Assembly: GCA_964019335.1 (NCBI GenBank)
Contig: OZ025726.1
Coordinates: forward strand, 310,001-374,000
From: Diplonema japonicum
Lineage: Eukaryota > Protista > Euglenozoa: Diplonemea
Direction of reading: 5' to 3'
Length of the DNA stretch: 64,000 nt
This document shows positions 46,697-57,141 of the stretch, piece by piece (the stretch's first letter is position 1; the number at the start of each line of letters is the position of its first letter). Position numbers and translations under genes: made by a program. The notes beneath the pieces were generated by a model that saw nothing but the letters and a program-made list of their open reading frames with translations, did not search any database and was not told the DNA's origin.

Positions 46697-49600
46697 TTAT
46701 GAACCATGTGTGGCTCCGTAATAGTTCCCGTCAGCATGGGTGTGCGCCCAGGCGGTGTTGTGGGAAATCTTTTGGCTGGTGAGGCGTGCTGAAGGGTCGC
46801 GTACGGTTTTGGTTTGTTTTGTGTTTGGTTTGAAAAGCCTGCCTTGTAGGGCGGCGTACTTATGACTGCGCTGTTCGAGGGAGTCTGTGTAGATTCTGTC
46901 CAGGTGTTGCGAGAGCTCGTGCGGAGTGAGCTTTTTGTTAACACCACCGTGCTGTGCGTTCGAAAGCTTCTGCAGTAGCCGCTTCTTGTTTAGGATGGCG
47001 TCGGAGGTCATCCTCTGCACGAGGCGGCCCTCCTCGGACACATTCAGCTTGCGTACCATTTCCTGCTTCTCGCCGTGCAGTGAGTGCATCTTCCTCTTCT
47101 CCCCATTGTAATGCAATCTGTTCACCAGTGCCTCTTCCGCTTGGCATGTCAACCTTGCATCCCTCTTCCCCCTCAAAGCCTCTTTGATCTCTCGTATGCT
47201 CATCCTGCTGTTCACCACTGCATACACCTCTTCGTTCCCTTCCTCATCATACCCCCTCACCACAGGCACTGCCCCGCCTAGCTTGTTCCCCCTTTCCCTA
47301 GCTGAATGCGGTCTTTTTATACCGTGCTGCCGCCTTCCTTTAAAGGGTGTACTGGTGATGCTCCGCTGTGGGGGTTCAGGTTGTGCTTTCCGTGCAGAAG
47401 CCCGGCGTTGAGGGATGTCGAGCTTCAGGCACGCTTGGAACTCCTCGACCATCATGGCTCCGTTCACCTGGTCTGCCCGGCACAGGCCTTCGATTTGGAC
47501 GCTGCACCTTTTCGCTTCACAGTTGTTGTTTGGTTGGCTCTTGTTTTCGCCTTGATCACTTCCCACGTCCTGGCTTTGATCGCTGCGCTTGTTCTCGCCT
47601 TGATCACTATGCGGAGTGGTGTTCACAACAACCCCCATCTGCGGGCTCTCATCAGATGTTTGGAGTGTGTTGCCCACATCAGCGTCAACGGCACATGACA
47701 ACCCATCTTCAGTAGTGCCTAGGGGTATGGGGGCGCCTGGGGATACAGGCGCCCCTTGAGGCATGGGAGGCACGGGAGGGTTGGATTCATGTGCAACGAC
47801 AAGCTCTGCGGAACTGGGGAGGGAACGTGGCCTTCGTACTGGGCGAGGGGACAGGGGCAGGGTGTCGGGGTCAGCTTCGAGATCCTGCACCACAGCAGCT
47901 GGCGGTGTCACAGGGGGCGACGGTGGGAGGGATGCTTGCACGGGATCCTCTGGTACAATTGTAGCTTCGGTGGTGTCCTCTTGGGGGGACAAGTGGGGTG
48001 TGATCAGTTCCTCGCGCACCTCATCTTCCTCTTCCATCCGTTCCTCTTCATTTAGTTTCTCTTTTTGAGCTTGTTGTTGTTGCTGTTGTGTGTCCTCGAA
48101 GACAGGGTCTTTCTCGTCACAGTCTGTGCCAGCAGGTTCCTCTTGTGGATCAAGGGTGTCTAGCGGATTCTCCTTTTCAGGAGCTTCGCGCCGCAGACAT
48201 GCTGACGCTGTTGAGAAGACACTACTGTTGTCATCAGGCACGTCGGGCAGGGCACCTTCTGCTTCTGCTTCTGCTTCTGCTTCTGCTTCTGCTTCTGCCT
48301 GTGGCTCACATAGGCGTTCGCCCTCATTTACTTTGTGTCGATGTTCCTTTTCAGGCTCGCCAGCCCTTTCTTCAGTCACATGTGTGGGTACTTCCTCTTC
48401 TTCGGTCTGGAGCCCTGCCCTTAAACTCTCATGTTCTGTGCCGTGCACGGTCTTCTCAACCTCGTGGGGCTCTCCAAGCGCTGCGATACTTTCTTTTTGG
48501 TACTCCGCTTCGGGGTACTTGTCGTGGTTTGCATCAGCCACTTCTTCCACCTCCTCATGAGGCACAGGCTCTGCAACACCCTCTTCGTACTCCGTCGCGG
48601 GTACTTCCTCATCAACCTTATGGGACTTCGCCTCGGGCACTGCCTCCCCAGCTTCTGCGTGGGATCCTGCTTCGGGCACCTCCTCAGCTTCTGCATGGGG
48701 CTCTTCTTCGGGCACTACCTCCTCAGCTGTTGCACGGGGCTCTGCCTCGGGTGCTGTGACGTTTCCTTCGGGCATTGCGGTCACCTCTTCGTGCTCCGCC
48801 TCGGGCACTGCTTCCTCAACTTCTTCAAGAGGCCTGGGCGCTACCTCAGGTACTGCAGCATTTTCATTTTGCTCCGTGTCAGGCACCGCGACTTCATGGG
48901 GCTCCACCCCCGCCTCATGGGGCTCCTCCGCCTCGTGCACTGCGACACCCTCTTTGTCCTCGGTCTCGGGTGCTGCCGTACTGTCCTCGTGCTCTGTTTC
49001 GGGTTCTGCTGCACCTTCGTTGTGCTCTGTCTCATGCACTGCCTCTTCAATCTTGTGGGGAGACTCCTCGGGTGCTGTATGTGCTTCGTGCTCTCCGTCG
49101 GTCACTTCTCCTGGTCCTGTCTCGAGCGCAGCACCTTCGTGCTCCACTTCCAGCGCCTTGCTATCCTCAACTTCCACAGGCATGCTATCATTCAAAGCCG
49201 GGGCGGGTTCGGGTTCCTGACCGTCAGGCACACTGCTCATGCTTTCTTGAGTTTCCTGCCCCTCCTCGCGCCCTTGCGAACTGTCCACCTCAGGTTCAGG
49301 TTCAGGTTCTTCTTGTTCTTCGAGGGAATATGCATTTCTGTTGACCTCGTGCGGGGGAGGGTAGTCGCCGTCGTCATCACTGTCCTGCATGAGCGCCTCA
49401 GCACGACCGATCGTCTCGTTTCGCGAGTATGGGTACCGGTCCCCCCCGTCGGAGGAGGCTTCACCCTCGTCGCAGTACTCACTTTCGGGTTCCTCATCTT
49501 CTTCAAAGAGGTTTGGCTTGGGGAGCTGTGCGAGGTGAGATCTGACCTCGGCAAGCGGCTGGGACGTGTCCCACTGGGGCCCTGTGAGAGGCGAAGGAGG

Positions 49601-50278
49601 GGGTTCGTAGGAGAGCAGGCAGTCGGACACATGATGCGGCACACCGTCGACCCAAGTCATGTGTGGACAGCTGTCAAGAAATATGTCCCACCCTTCCTCA
49701 CCAGCCACGTTGATGTACCGAAGGTAGAGGGGCTCAGAGGAGTCGACCTCAGAGAGGTTTAGGGTGTTACCCGTGAGGCTGATTCCGGCAAGCCGTGTGT
49801 GGTGGAGAAAAGGACCGAGGAGGTCCCCTCGGTGGAGGTCGTTGTGGGAAAGATCGAGGTGCGCGGTGCTGCTGAGTGACGAGGGGGGTAGGTTTTTGTA
49901 ATAGTGAAACAACGCCTTGTCCGTGATGTTGTTGTAGCTTAGATCCACGTCTCGAACCCCGCAGGAGAGGAGGGCGGTTACTGCGGTGGTGTGTTCCTCA
50001 CCCAGGCCGCACCCGGAGCAGTTAACTATCGTCAGGGTTTCCTTGTGCGCGGTGACGCATTCTAGTACACGGTGGAAGTCCTCAACATGCATCACTACCC
50101 CACCGAGATCTACCGTAAGGAGCCCTTCGAGGCCGTATATTAGCTCGCATAGAGTATCGATGTGTTGGCCTACTACACCAGCGCAGTCCCTTGGGGGATC
50201 GATTACTAGGTTTTTGGGTGTTTTTTTAATCCCTTTTTGTAATTTTTCTATCCATGTTTTTTTTGTTTTTTTGGGCAT
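46697..50278 (-). CDS. Leucine-rich-repeat protein with a long acidic low-complexity region
   Basis: LRRs (VDLSYNNITD, LDLSHNDL, ISLTGNTL), Glu/Pro/Ala-rich repeats including (EA)n near 48256-48298, basic helical C-terminus. Likely ATG at 50278 (MPKKTKK). Confidence 0.8.
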   Translation of the reverse strand: MPKKTKKTWIEKLQKGIKKTPKNLVIDPPRDCAGVVGQHIDTLCELIYGLEGLLTVDLGGVVMHVEDFHRVLECVTAHKETLTIVNCSGCGLGEEHTTAVTALLSCGVRDVDLSYNNITDKALFHYYKNLPPSSLSSTAHLDLSHNDLHRGDLLGPFLHHTRLAGISLTGNTLNLSEVDSSEPLYLRYINVAGEEGWDIFLDSCPHMTWVDGVPHHVSDCLLSYEPPPSPLTGPQWDTSQPLAEVRSHLAQLPKPNLFEEDEEPESEYCDEGEASSDGGDRYPYSRNETIGRAEALMQDSDDDGDYPPPHEVNRNAYSLEEQEEPEPEPEVDSSQGREEGQETQESMSSVPDGQEPEPAPALNDSMPVEVEDSKALEVEHEGAALETGPGEVTDGEHEAHTAPEESPHKIEEAVHETEHNEGAAEPETEHEDSTAAPETEDKEGVAVHEAEEPHEAGVEPHEVAVPDTEQNENAAVPEVAPRPLEEVEEAVPEAEHEEVTAMPEGNVTAPEAEPRATAEEVVPEEEPHAEAEEVPEAGSHAEAGEAVPEAKSHKVDEEVPATEYEEGVAEPVPHEEVEEVADANHDKYPEAEYQKESIAALGEPHEVEKTVHGTEHESLRAGLQTEEEEVPTHVTEERAGEPEKEHRHKVNEGERLCEPQAEAEAEAEAEAEAEGALPDVPDDNSSVFSTASACLRREAPEKENPLDTLDPQEEPAGTDCDEKDPVFEDTQQQQQQAQKEKLNEEERMEEEDEVREELITPHLSPQEDTTEATIVPEDPVQASLPPSPPVTPPAAVVQDLEADPDTLPLSPRPVRRPRSLPSSAELVVAHESNPPVPPMPQGAPVSPGAPIPLGTTEDGLSCAVDADVGNTLQTSDESPQMGVVVNTTPHSDQGENKRSDQSQDVGSDQGENKSQPNNNCEAKRCSVQIEGLCRADQVNGAMMVEEFQACLKLDIPQRRASARKAQPEPPQRSITSTPFKGRRQHGIKRPHSARERGNKLGGAVPVVRGYDEEGNEEVYAVVNSRMSIREIKEALRGKRDARLTCQAEEALVNRLHYNGEKRKMHSLHGEKQEMVRKLNVSEEGRLVQRMTSDAILNKKRLLQKLSNAQHGGVNKKLTPHELSQHLDRIYTDSLEQRSHKYAALQGRLFKPNTKQTKTVRDPSARLTSQKISHNTAWAHTHADGNYYGATHGS

Positions 50279-50870
50279 TTTTCCTTTTTTTTTTGGGAGG
50301 GGGGAGGATGGAAAAAGAAAAAGAAAAAAAAAAAGAAAGAAAAAAAAAAAAAAATGAGTTAGGAATTTTTTTTTTTTGGCCGTGGGAAAAAAAAAGGTAG
50401 TAGAGGGGGAGGGAGAGCTGAAAGAAAGGTTACTCATTTATTATACCAGACTTTTTTTTTTTTTTGGAATTTATTTTTCTCCCTCGCTTTTTTTTCTATT
50501 CTTAACTGCGCTCATAGAAAAAAAAGGGGGGGGGAAGAAGGAAGAAAGGCAAAAAGGCGAAGAAGACGGGGGAGTTGAGAAATATGAGTAAATGGAGAAA
50601 CAAGATAATAAAGAAATACGGGGGGGTGTGTAAATAGAAGACAGAGGGGGAAATAAGGAAATTAAAGGGGTAAACTTACGGAATTTAAAAAAAAAAAAAA
50701 AAAAAAAAGGAAGAGAAAAAAAATGTTAAAAAAGCAGCGATTAAAGAAAAGAAAAAAAAGAGGCAAGAAAAAAAAAAGTTTTTTTTTTCTTTTTTTTTTT
50801 TTTTTCCGGCATCGGAGAACGGAGTTTTTTTCACAAGTTTTTACAAACTTTTTTTTTTTCCCCTCTCGCT

Positions 50871-51500
50871 TTAGCGAACCTTTAAGTCTTGCCTGCCCCA
50901 AGATCCTCCGATTGTGCCATTTGGGTGGGTCCAGGTACGAGAATCATCGTTGAGCTTAATACCTTGCTTTCTAAGCTGCTCGCGAATAAAATCTGCCTTG
51001 GCGTACTCCTTCACGCGCCTCGCACGTTCCCTCTCCTCCACAAGCTGCTGAATAGCATTGAAAAGTTGGTCAGAAGGAGTTGGGCTTTGAAACGGTATCA
51101 CGGAATTCATTCCAAGCTGGGGGACAACCATTGTTAAAAGGGGAACATTTTGAGATTGGGGAATGACATTTAACACAGCTGTAAGCATTGGTGCTTGAGT
51201 GTTCTGTATTACCCCATCATTGCTGGAGAGGGCGGTGTGTTTCGAATTGCTATCATTGAGCGCGTTAGCAAGCTTCATTTGGGTCTCTGCGGTGAAACAG
51301 GTGACCAAGTCCTCTTCTGTGAGCAGCATCAGTGTGTCCAGCGTGAACACTTCATGTCTCTCTAGCTCTCCCAGAATTTCACTAATCCCGTGTTCCGCGA
51401 GCCAGTGCTTTACAGGGGGGTACGACACCCCGTCGTCGCCGTGCCACCTTCTGCCGCACGTGGCAGGCACCCACTCGCTTAACAAAGCGGCGTCCTGCAT
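50871..51500 (-). CDS. SAM-domain protein with a CysRS C-terminal (anticodon-binding)-like domain (209 aa)
   Basis: VKHWLAEHGI..ILGELERHEV.TLDTLMLLTEEDL (SAM-like); LVEERERARRVKEYAKADFIREQLRKQGIKLNDDSRTW. ATG at 51500. Confidence 0.7.
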   Translation of the reverse strand: MQDAALLSEWVPATCGRRWHGDDGVSYPPVKHWLAEHGISEILGELERHEVFTLDTLMLLTEEDLVTCFTAETQMKLANALNDSNSKHTALSSNDGVIQNTQAPMLTAVLNVIPQSQNVPLLTMVVPQLGMNSVIPFQSPTPSDQLFNAIQQLVEERERARRVKEYAKADFIREQLRKQGIKLNDDSRTWTHPNGTIGGSWGRQDLKVR

Positions 51501-52196
51501 TTTTTTTTTTGGGGGGGAGAACTGTGATTTTTTTCTTGGGGGCGGGGATGGAAAAAAAAAAAAAAAAAAAAAAAAAAACGTTGAAACCACCCCTTTCCAA
51601 TATCGCGATTTGTTGGTGAGTAAAAAAAAAAAATATATATAAAAAAAAAAAAAAAAAGAAAGGAACTTGGGCCCTTCCTTTTTACTTTTTTTTTTGTTTA
51701 GACGAAAAGAGAAAAGAAACAAGAAAAAAAAAAAGGCGGGAAAAGAAACGAAAGGGAGGGGGGGAAGGTAGTTCGGATCAGTTTTTTTTTTCTTTTTTTT
51801 TTTTTTTAATTGAGGAGGAGAAGAAGAAGAAGAAGATGGAAGAAAAAGAAAAAGAAAATAAAGGTGTTATATATGGCCGTGAAATTCCCAAACACTGTTA
51901 CAAGGGCGGGTCCAAACCTAGAGAAAAAAAAAAGAAAAAGAAAAACTATTGCCTCATGTGTGAATTGTAAAACAGAAGCGACGGACCAACGTCTTGACAC
52001 CAAAGCACACCTTACAAGTTTCTACCAAACTCCGCTCCCCATTTAGAATCTCACGACCAATGCAGAAAAAAAAAAGGGAAAAAAAAAAAAAAAGACGGAA
52101 ACAAAGGGGAAAAAAGTAGCCTTGCAACACCCCTTTTTTTTAATAAAAAAAAAGGAGAAGGCTAATATGGTTTGAAGGTTAGCTGTAAGTAGTCGG

Positions 52197-52242
<46 letters not shown>

Positions 52243-52447
52243 ACATTTAAGGGTACCTGCGGTATGTGGCAGGACGCCTGTAAAAAAAAAAAAAAGAAAA
52301 AAAAAAAGCACATCCCCCTTGAGGAAGTTCTCTATTGCGTCCGTGCCCAAATAAAAAAAAAAGGAAAAAAAAATATTAAAAAATCTCGTTTTAATAAAAC
52401 AAATCAATAATATGAAACATATGTTCTTTTTTTTTTTTTTTCTTCCT

Positions 52448-53620
52448 TCACCAATACTTGTCTTCAAAGGAAAGAGCCCTCTCTTCAGCCGGATCGAAGT
52501 AGCCTGCTTTCTTCTGTTGTTTCCCGCTCGGTTTTGCAGCCGGGACCCCCTTCGGGTTCGGCGCAACTGATTTATTTTTAACTACGCCTTCGTCATCCTT
52601 GCACCGTTCATCCCTATACAAGGAGGATCGGGTCTCCTTGGAGATCGCCTGTGCGCAGGATGCGTGTTTTCGTTTCTGAGCGACGTCGAGAGCGGTACAG
52701 CCGTTCTTGTCTTTCTTATTCACAAAATTTGAACAGGGACGCGCGTCGTCGGGTTTTGCAAGCAACAACTGGCAGATTTCAAGAGATCCCGTGTGTGCTG
52801 CAATGTGAAGCGGGGTCTGCCCGTGCCTATCGCAACACAACACAACCGATTTGTCCAATGAAAAAAAAAATCTTGCCATCGACGCGTCCTTTAGAATCGC
52901 TGCATAATGCAAAAAACCTCTGTGGTTGCAATCCACCACCAGCGGGTCAAGTTCAAACTCTCGAAACGCCCACTTCACAAATTCGTTGACCCGCGAGGCA
53001 GCCGCCTTCTTCGTGTTCGAACTTGCCTTACTGTTAGAAAAATGGGTCCTCCGATTCACTTCAATTGAACATCTTTGTATTTTAAACAGCCTCATCAACA
53101 TGTGAACCATCCATGTCTTGCACCCTCCGGTCTCTACAAACATTTTAATTAACTCTTTCACATCGTCCATCGTCAGGTTTTCTTGATCGTGTGAGTCTTG
53201 AGGTGGTGGTTCTGTTAGTTTTGTTAAGATCAAAACATGTGGGTTTGTAGAGGGGGGTGACGTGGGTGCTTGCGGTGGTGACGGGGTTGATTTCAGCATT
53301 TTCTCCTTTAGTATTTTTCTTATAAACGTTTCCAAACCGAGCCCTTCCGGGATCTCGTGTCGTTTGGTCTCTAGCGCCACGTACCAAGCCTTGCACACCA
53401 GATTGAGGTCGATGGTGTTGTGCAACCTCCCTTCCGGGAGCGTGTAGCTGTGTCCCCCTGCCTTCTTTGTCAGAAACGACAGAGCGTGCAGCAAGGCTTC
53501 AATGGGAAGGTCTGACACGCTTCGGTGAATTTTCTTCTTGGCCTTGGCCACTTCCCACGCTTCGGCTGACTTGTTTTTCATCACCTTAGCGGACACCTTC
53601 TTATTTTTCCCACCACCCAT
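52448..53620 (-). CDS. F-box-like and ankyrin-repeat protein
   Basis: SDLPIEALLHALSFL...LNLVCKAW (F-box-like); ankyrin repeats GFLHYAA, GQTPLHIAAHTGSLEICQLLL, DKNGCTALDVA. Confidence 0.75.
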   Translation of the reverse strand: MGGGKNKKVSAKVMKNKSAEAWEVAKAKKKIHRSVSDLPIEALLHALSFLTKKAGGHSYTLPEGRLHNTIDLNLVCKAWYVALETKRHEIPEGLGLETFIRKILKEKMLKSTPSPPQAPTSPPSTNPHVLILTKLTEPPPQDSHDQENLTMDDVKELIKMFVETGGCKTWMVHMLMRLFKIQRCSIEVNRRTHFSNSKASSNTKKAAASRVNEFVKWAFREFELDPLVVDCNHRGFLHYAAILKDASMARFFFSLDKSVVLCCDRHGQTPLHIAAHTGSLEICQLLLAKPDDARPCSNFVNKKDKNGCTALDVAQKRKHASCAQAISKETRSSLYRDERCKDDEGVVKNKSVAPNPKGVPAAKPSGKQQKKAGYFDPAEERALSFEDKYW

Positions 53621-53797
53621 TTTTTTTTTTTTCTTCTTCTTTTTTTTTTTTTCTTTTTTTGCGTGTAAGGCACGTGTCTTTGGGGGGTATTTTTTTTTTT
53701 TGTTGGAAAAAAAAAAAAAAAAAGGAAATATAGTAAGATACGGTTGTTGTGTAACTGGGGTTCTTTTTTTTTTTTTTTTTTTTTTTTGTTTATTTTT

Positions 53798-53953
53798 TTA
53801 TTTTGCGGCAGGCGCTCCCGCGCCGAGCCCCGCTGAGTCGTCGCCGCCTGCGATTTTGTGAAGGTCTGCTAGCGCACTTTTGTTGACCTTGTGTGTATGG
53901 AGGCTGTGCCCAATGCCAAGACCAGAGGCCGTCGTCGGTGCTGGGCCAGTCAT
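53798..53953 (-). CDS. Candidate 51-aa microprotein (MTGPAPTTASGLGIGHSLHTHKVNKSALADLHKIAGGDDSAGLGAGAPAAK)
   Basis: GC-rich island that runs exactly from ATG to TAA, on the cluster strand, preceded by a T-tract+AG acceptor and an A-rich leader like the neighbouring genes. Below the ORF-track length cut-off. Confidence 0.45.
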   Translation of the reverse strand: MTGPAPTTASGLGIGHSLHTHKVNKSALADLHKIAGGDDSAGLGAGAPAAK

Positions 53954-54013
53954 ATTGCTGTTATCTTTCCCTTCCTTTTGTTCTTCTTATACACTTGAAA
54001 CACCAGCTCAAAG

Positions 54014-54047
<34 letters not shown>

Positions 54048-54075
54048 AGAGAGGACACTGTAAAGCGCCTCTCCC

Positions 54076-54993
54076 CTAAGTATTCCCTTCCTCGTCTTCA
54101 CCAGCACCGTTGCTTGGGGAAGACAACCGTCTGGAATCTTCTTCTCTGGTTGTTTCGGACTCGTGGAGGACTGGGGGTGCGTCCTTTTCATGGTAGGTAG
54201 AAGATGTACGCGATCCTTTGTCGAGGTTTGACCCGCGTTGAGGGGGGGCAGGGTTGTTGTCAGGGAGGGGGGCTGCAGCGAGGGATTCCCTCCGCATCTC
54301 ATCCTTGTTTGTTTTTTGAAATCTCTTGTACAGAGACGGGGTGGAGCTGATCTGGTGGGACATAGAAATTTTCTGGTCAGTTAGTAGGATACATCTGTTC
54401 CCAACATCCATTATCTTGTTCAGCACTGCTGTCAGCTTCACGAGGTCAGCCTTGCACCCCTCATTTAGCATGTCTTGGTGCTTCTTTGTTAGTTGTGTAA
54501 AGAAATTTCTCTCCTCGATCTGTCTTGTCACTACCTTGTGCAGCATCACGCTGTCTTTGGAATATCTAAAGCCTGCTTCCATGAGATGTTGCTTGCAGGC
54601 CAACTGCGAGCTAGATAGTGATGGTCCCTTCCCTTCGTCGCTTGCGCTTCCGGATGATATAAATCGCAGGTTGTAGAACATGGCCTCGAGTTCCGCAAGG
54701 TGTCGTTTCCAGAGTGCGTGATGGACGGTTTTTCTGTACGCTTCGTATCGTTTTCGCTGTTCTAACCACAGGCCTTGCATTAGTTGCGTGAAGGTTTTTT
54801 TCCATTTTTGAAGCTGTGTTTTGAGCTGGTTCGTTGCAAGCAGCAGTTTGCTGTGGTCCACAACGATGGGGTCCCATGGGACGAGCATCTCGTCGATGTC
54901 CTTGGCGGTTTGCGCGAGGAATTGATCGAGATTTTTAAGCTTCGTTGCTAGAACAGGCATCAGGGAGGCGTTGGCGGGGAGATCGACTGTCAT
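54076..54993 (-). CDS. Hypothetical helical/coiled-coil protein (305 aa)
   Basis: ORF on the cluster strand; ATG at 54993 (MTVDLP) after an A-run; no recognisable family motif. Confidence 0.7.
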   Translation of the reverse strand: MTVDLPANASLMPVLATKLKNLDQFLAQTAKDIDEMLVPWDPIVVDHSKLLLATNQLKTQLQKWKKTFTQLMQGLWLEQRKRYEAYRKTVHHALWKRHLAELEAMFYNLRFISSGSASDEGKGPSLSSSQLACKQHLMEAGFRYSKDSVMLHKVVTRQIEERNFFTQLTKKHQDMLNEGCKADLVKLTAVLNKIMDVGNRCILLTDQKISMSHQISSTPSLYKRFQKTNKDEMRRESLAAAPLPDNNPAPPQRGSNLDKGSRTSSTYHEKDAPPVLHESETTREEDSRRLSSPSNGAGEDEEGNT

Positions 54994-55097
54994 CGTTCTT
55001 TCTTTTCTTTTTTTTTTTTTTTTTTTAAATCCCCTGGGAGATTCTTTTTTTTTTTCCTTCAAAAAAAAAAAAAAAAAAAAAAAAAGTGAATGATTGA

Positions 55098-57041
55098 TCA
55101 CGCCAGCCCCATCCCTTTCAAGGAATCAGACATGTCCTTCAGAACGCTTTTTGTGTACAACGTCCGGAGAAACTTGGGCATGGAATCCCCTTCGGGGTAG
55201 TGGTCTGATACGTATTCGGCACGGTCAGCCTTCCCAACCCAATGTGCCTGCAGCGTGGCGTCCATTGCGGCAAGTGCGTAGAGCGAATGAGATGCGGCAT
55301 CGTGAACATGGTCTAGCAGGAGAAGGGGTGCGATAAGGTACGAGTGTATTTTATGGGAAAGCCAGTGGAATGGATGCAGAGTTTCATGCGCCCTGTCCCT
55401 GAGGGCGAGCAGCTTGTCGAGAAGCTCTGTGTCCACCTCGTTCAGAGACTGTATACTACCGTGGAGCACAGGGGCTACCTTCTCCACCTCATCGTACAGA
55501 TGGTCGACTATCACCGAAACGTCTGTGTACTTTGTTGTTGTGCCGCATTTTGAACATTTTCGGGTTTCGCCTTCAGGCACGCTGACCCACCCGCCCGAAC
55601 AGTCCTTTGAAAGACACTTTACCGCGTCGGCTAATGGTAGAACGGTGTTCTGTTTACATCTGTCGCAGCCGCATGTGAAGCCTTGTAGACTCCGCATTGC
55701 CGCTCTTCGTCTTGAGGGATTCTGCATGAGATCGGCGATGTACGATGTGGTGATCTCTTCGCCTTGCTTGATGGATCGTGATGCTCGGAGAACACCTGTT
55801 TCGTTTCTCGAGCAATTGGGAAGGCAGCTGTGGTTGACGTACGCCAAGGGGTTCGGAACGAGTGCGATACCCTCACCCACTTCAAAGGAGTTCGTCTGTA
55901 TGAGGCACACGAGTGTTCTGGCGAGGTCAGACAGGGTTTTGATGAACGGAACAGCTTCGAGTAAAGGGGTGATGATGGCAGTGTCTTCAAATATTTTCTC
56001 GGTTATTTTGGAAGCTGCTGAGTTCACTGCCGCGCGTGAGCAGAGCTGCAGGGAGACGTCCACGCACTCCTCGTGAGCCTCCAGTTCGATTACATTTTTC
56101 CAGTTCGGGTCGTTGCGGGTCTTCATCGCTGCTAGTCGCATACCGACTGACACTGCTAAGGTCACAGTTGTCACCAAGTCATCCACATCGACTACCTCGT
56201 CCTCGCCGTTCCCGTAGATCACCTCTAGATAGCCCATTTCCTTTAGCTGGTTGTGGGTTACGCCGAAAGAATTCTTTGCGTCCGCCAACTGCTTCGCGTA
56301 CACCTTTGTTATTTTGTTCAAACCCTCGCACTCCGCTTTGTGCAGGTCCTCGTCTTTCGACTTGCACTCCTTCCCGCAGTACACAGTTACCTTGCATTTC
56401 TTGCACGAGAACAACCCGTTTGTCACCTCCTTCCCGCACCTCCTACAGATGTCAAGCGGTTTATCCGAAGCCATTGCTACTGGGTGCTGGAACGGTATAA
56501 CCACTTCGCCTGGTGTGATGTCTCTGTTTGCTTTAAGAAGGCGGCCTGATCGCTTATCACCCTCTGGATGGACCACGGTGTATGGCGGTGTGTATTCAGT
56601 TAGATTTTGCACCAATGAAGCTTGCTTCACACGGGCTTCTGAGATATGTGACAGGATCCCTGTTGTGAGGACCTCTGTGAGGTATCGGTCGTCCAAGGAG
56701 CAGGCTGAGACAAAAGGCCACACCGGGGTGTCTAAAGGCCGGTTTTCAGCATTGCAGATCTCCCACTGAAGCTTCCCGTACAGCATCATGGCCCTTGCGT
56801 GGCAGGGCTGGACAGAAAGGCACTTCAAAGCGTCATCGCGGCCGTCCTTGTATTTCTTCATCATCAATCTGCATGCTGCTCGGTTCGCGTACGACTTGAC
56901 CACCTCTACGCTGGCATCGCTGCTGACATCCCCATCCCACTGCCCGACAGACTCAGTGTAGAACCCTTCGGCCTCCTCAAGCTTGCCCTCCGAGGTGGCT
57001 TGGTTCCCCTTGTTACGGAACTCGATGATTCGTGCCGTCAT
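55098..57041 (-). CDS. TPR + SET/MYND domain protein (SMYD-like methyltransferase)
   Basis: TPR (FRNKGNQA...YANRAAC); GRLLKANRDITPGE; MYND C..C...C..C....YC...C...D...HK.EC; NHSCLPN; GEEITTSY; post-SET FTCGCDRC. Confidence 0.88.
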   Translation of the reverse strand: MTARIIEFRNKGNQATSEGKLEEAEGFYTESVGQWDGDVSSDASVEVVKSYANRAACRLMMKKYKDGRDDALKCLSVQPCHARAMMLYGKLQWEICNAENRPLDTPVWPFVSACSLDDRYLTEVLTTGILSHISEARVKQASLVQNLTEYTPPYTVVHPEGDKRSGRLLKANRDITPGEVVIPFQHPVAMASDKPLDICRRCGKEVTNGLFSCKKCKVTVYCGKECKSKDEDLHKAECEGLNKITKVYAKQLADAKNSFGVTHNQLKEMGYLEVIYGNGEDEVVDVDDLVTTVTLAVSVGMRLAAMKTRNDPNWKNVIELEAHEECVDVSLQLCSRAAVNSAASKITEKIFEDTAIITPLLEAVPFIKTLSDLARTLVCLIQTNSFEVGEGIALVPNPLAYVNHSCLPNCSRNETGVLRASRSIKQGEEITTSYIADLMQNPSRRRAAMRSLQGFTCGCDRCKQNTVLPLADAVKCLSKDCSGGWVSVPEGETRKCSKCGTTTKYTDVSVIVDHLYDEVEKVAPVLHGSIQSLNEVDTELLDKLLALRDRAHETLHPFHWLSHKIHSYLIAPLLLLDHVHDAASHSLYALAAMDATLQAHWVGKADRAEYVSDHYPEGDSMPKFLRTLYTKSVLKDMSDSLKGMGLA

Positions 57042-57141
57042 TTATTTTTCTACCTTTAGGGGGAGGGGGGGTTTTTTTTTGAAGGGGTAAAAAAAAAAAA
57101 AGAAGAAGAAAAAAAAATTTTTTCGGGGGTTATTTCCTCCT

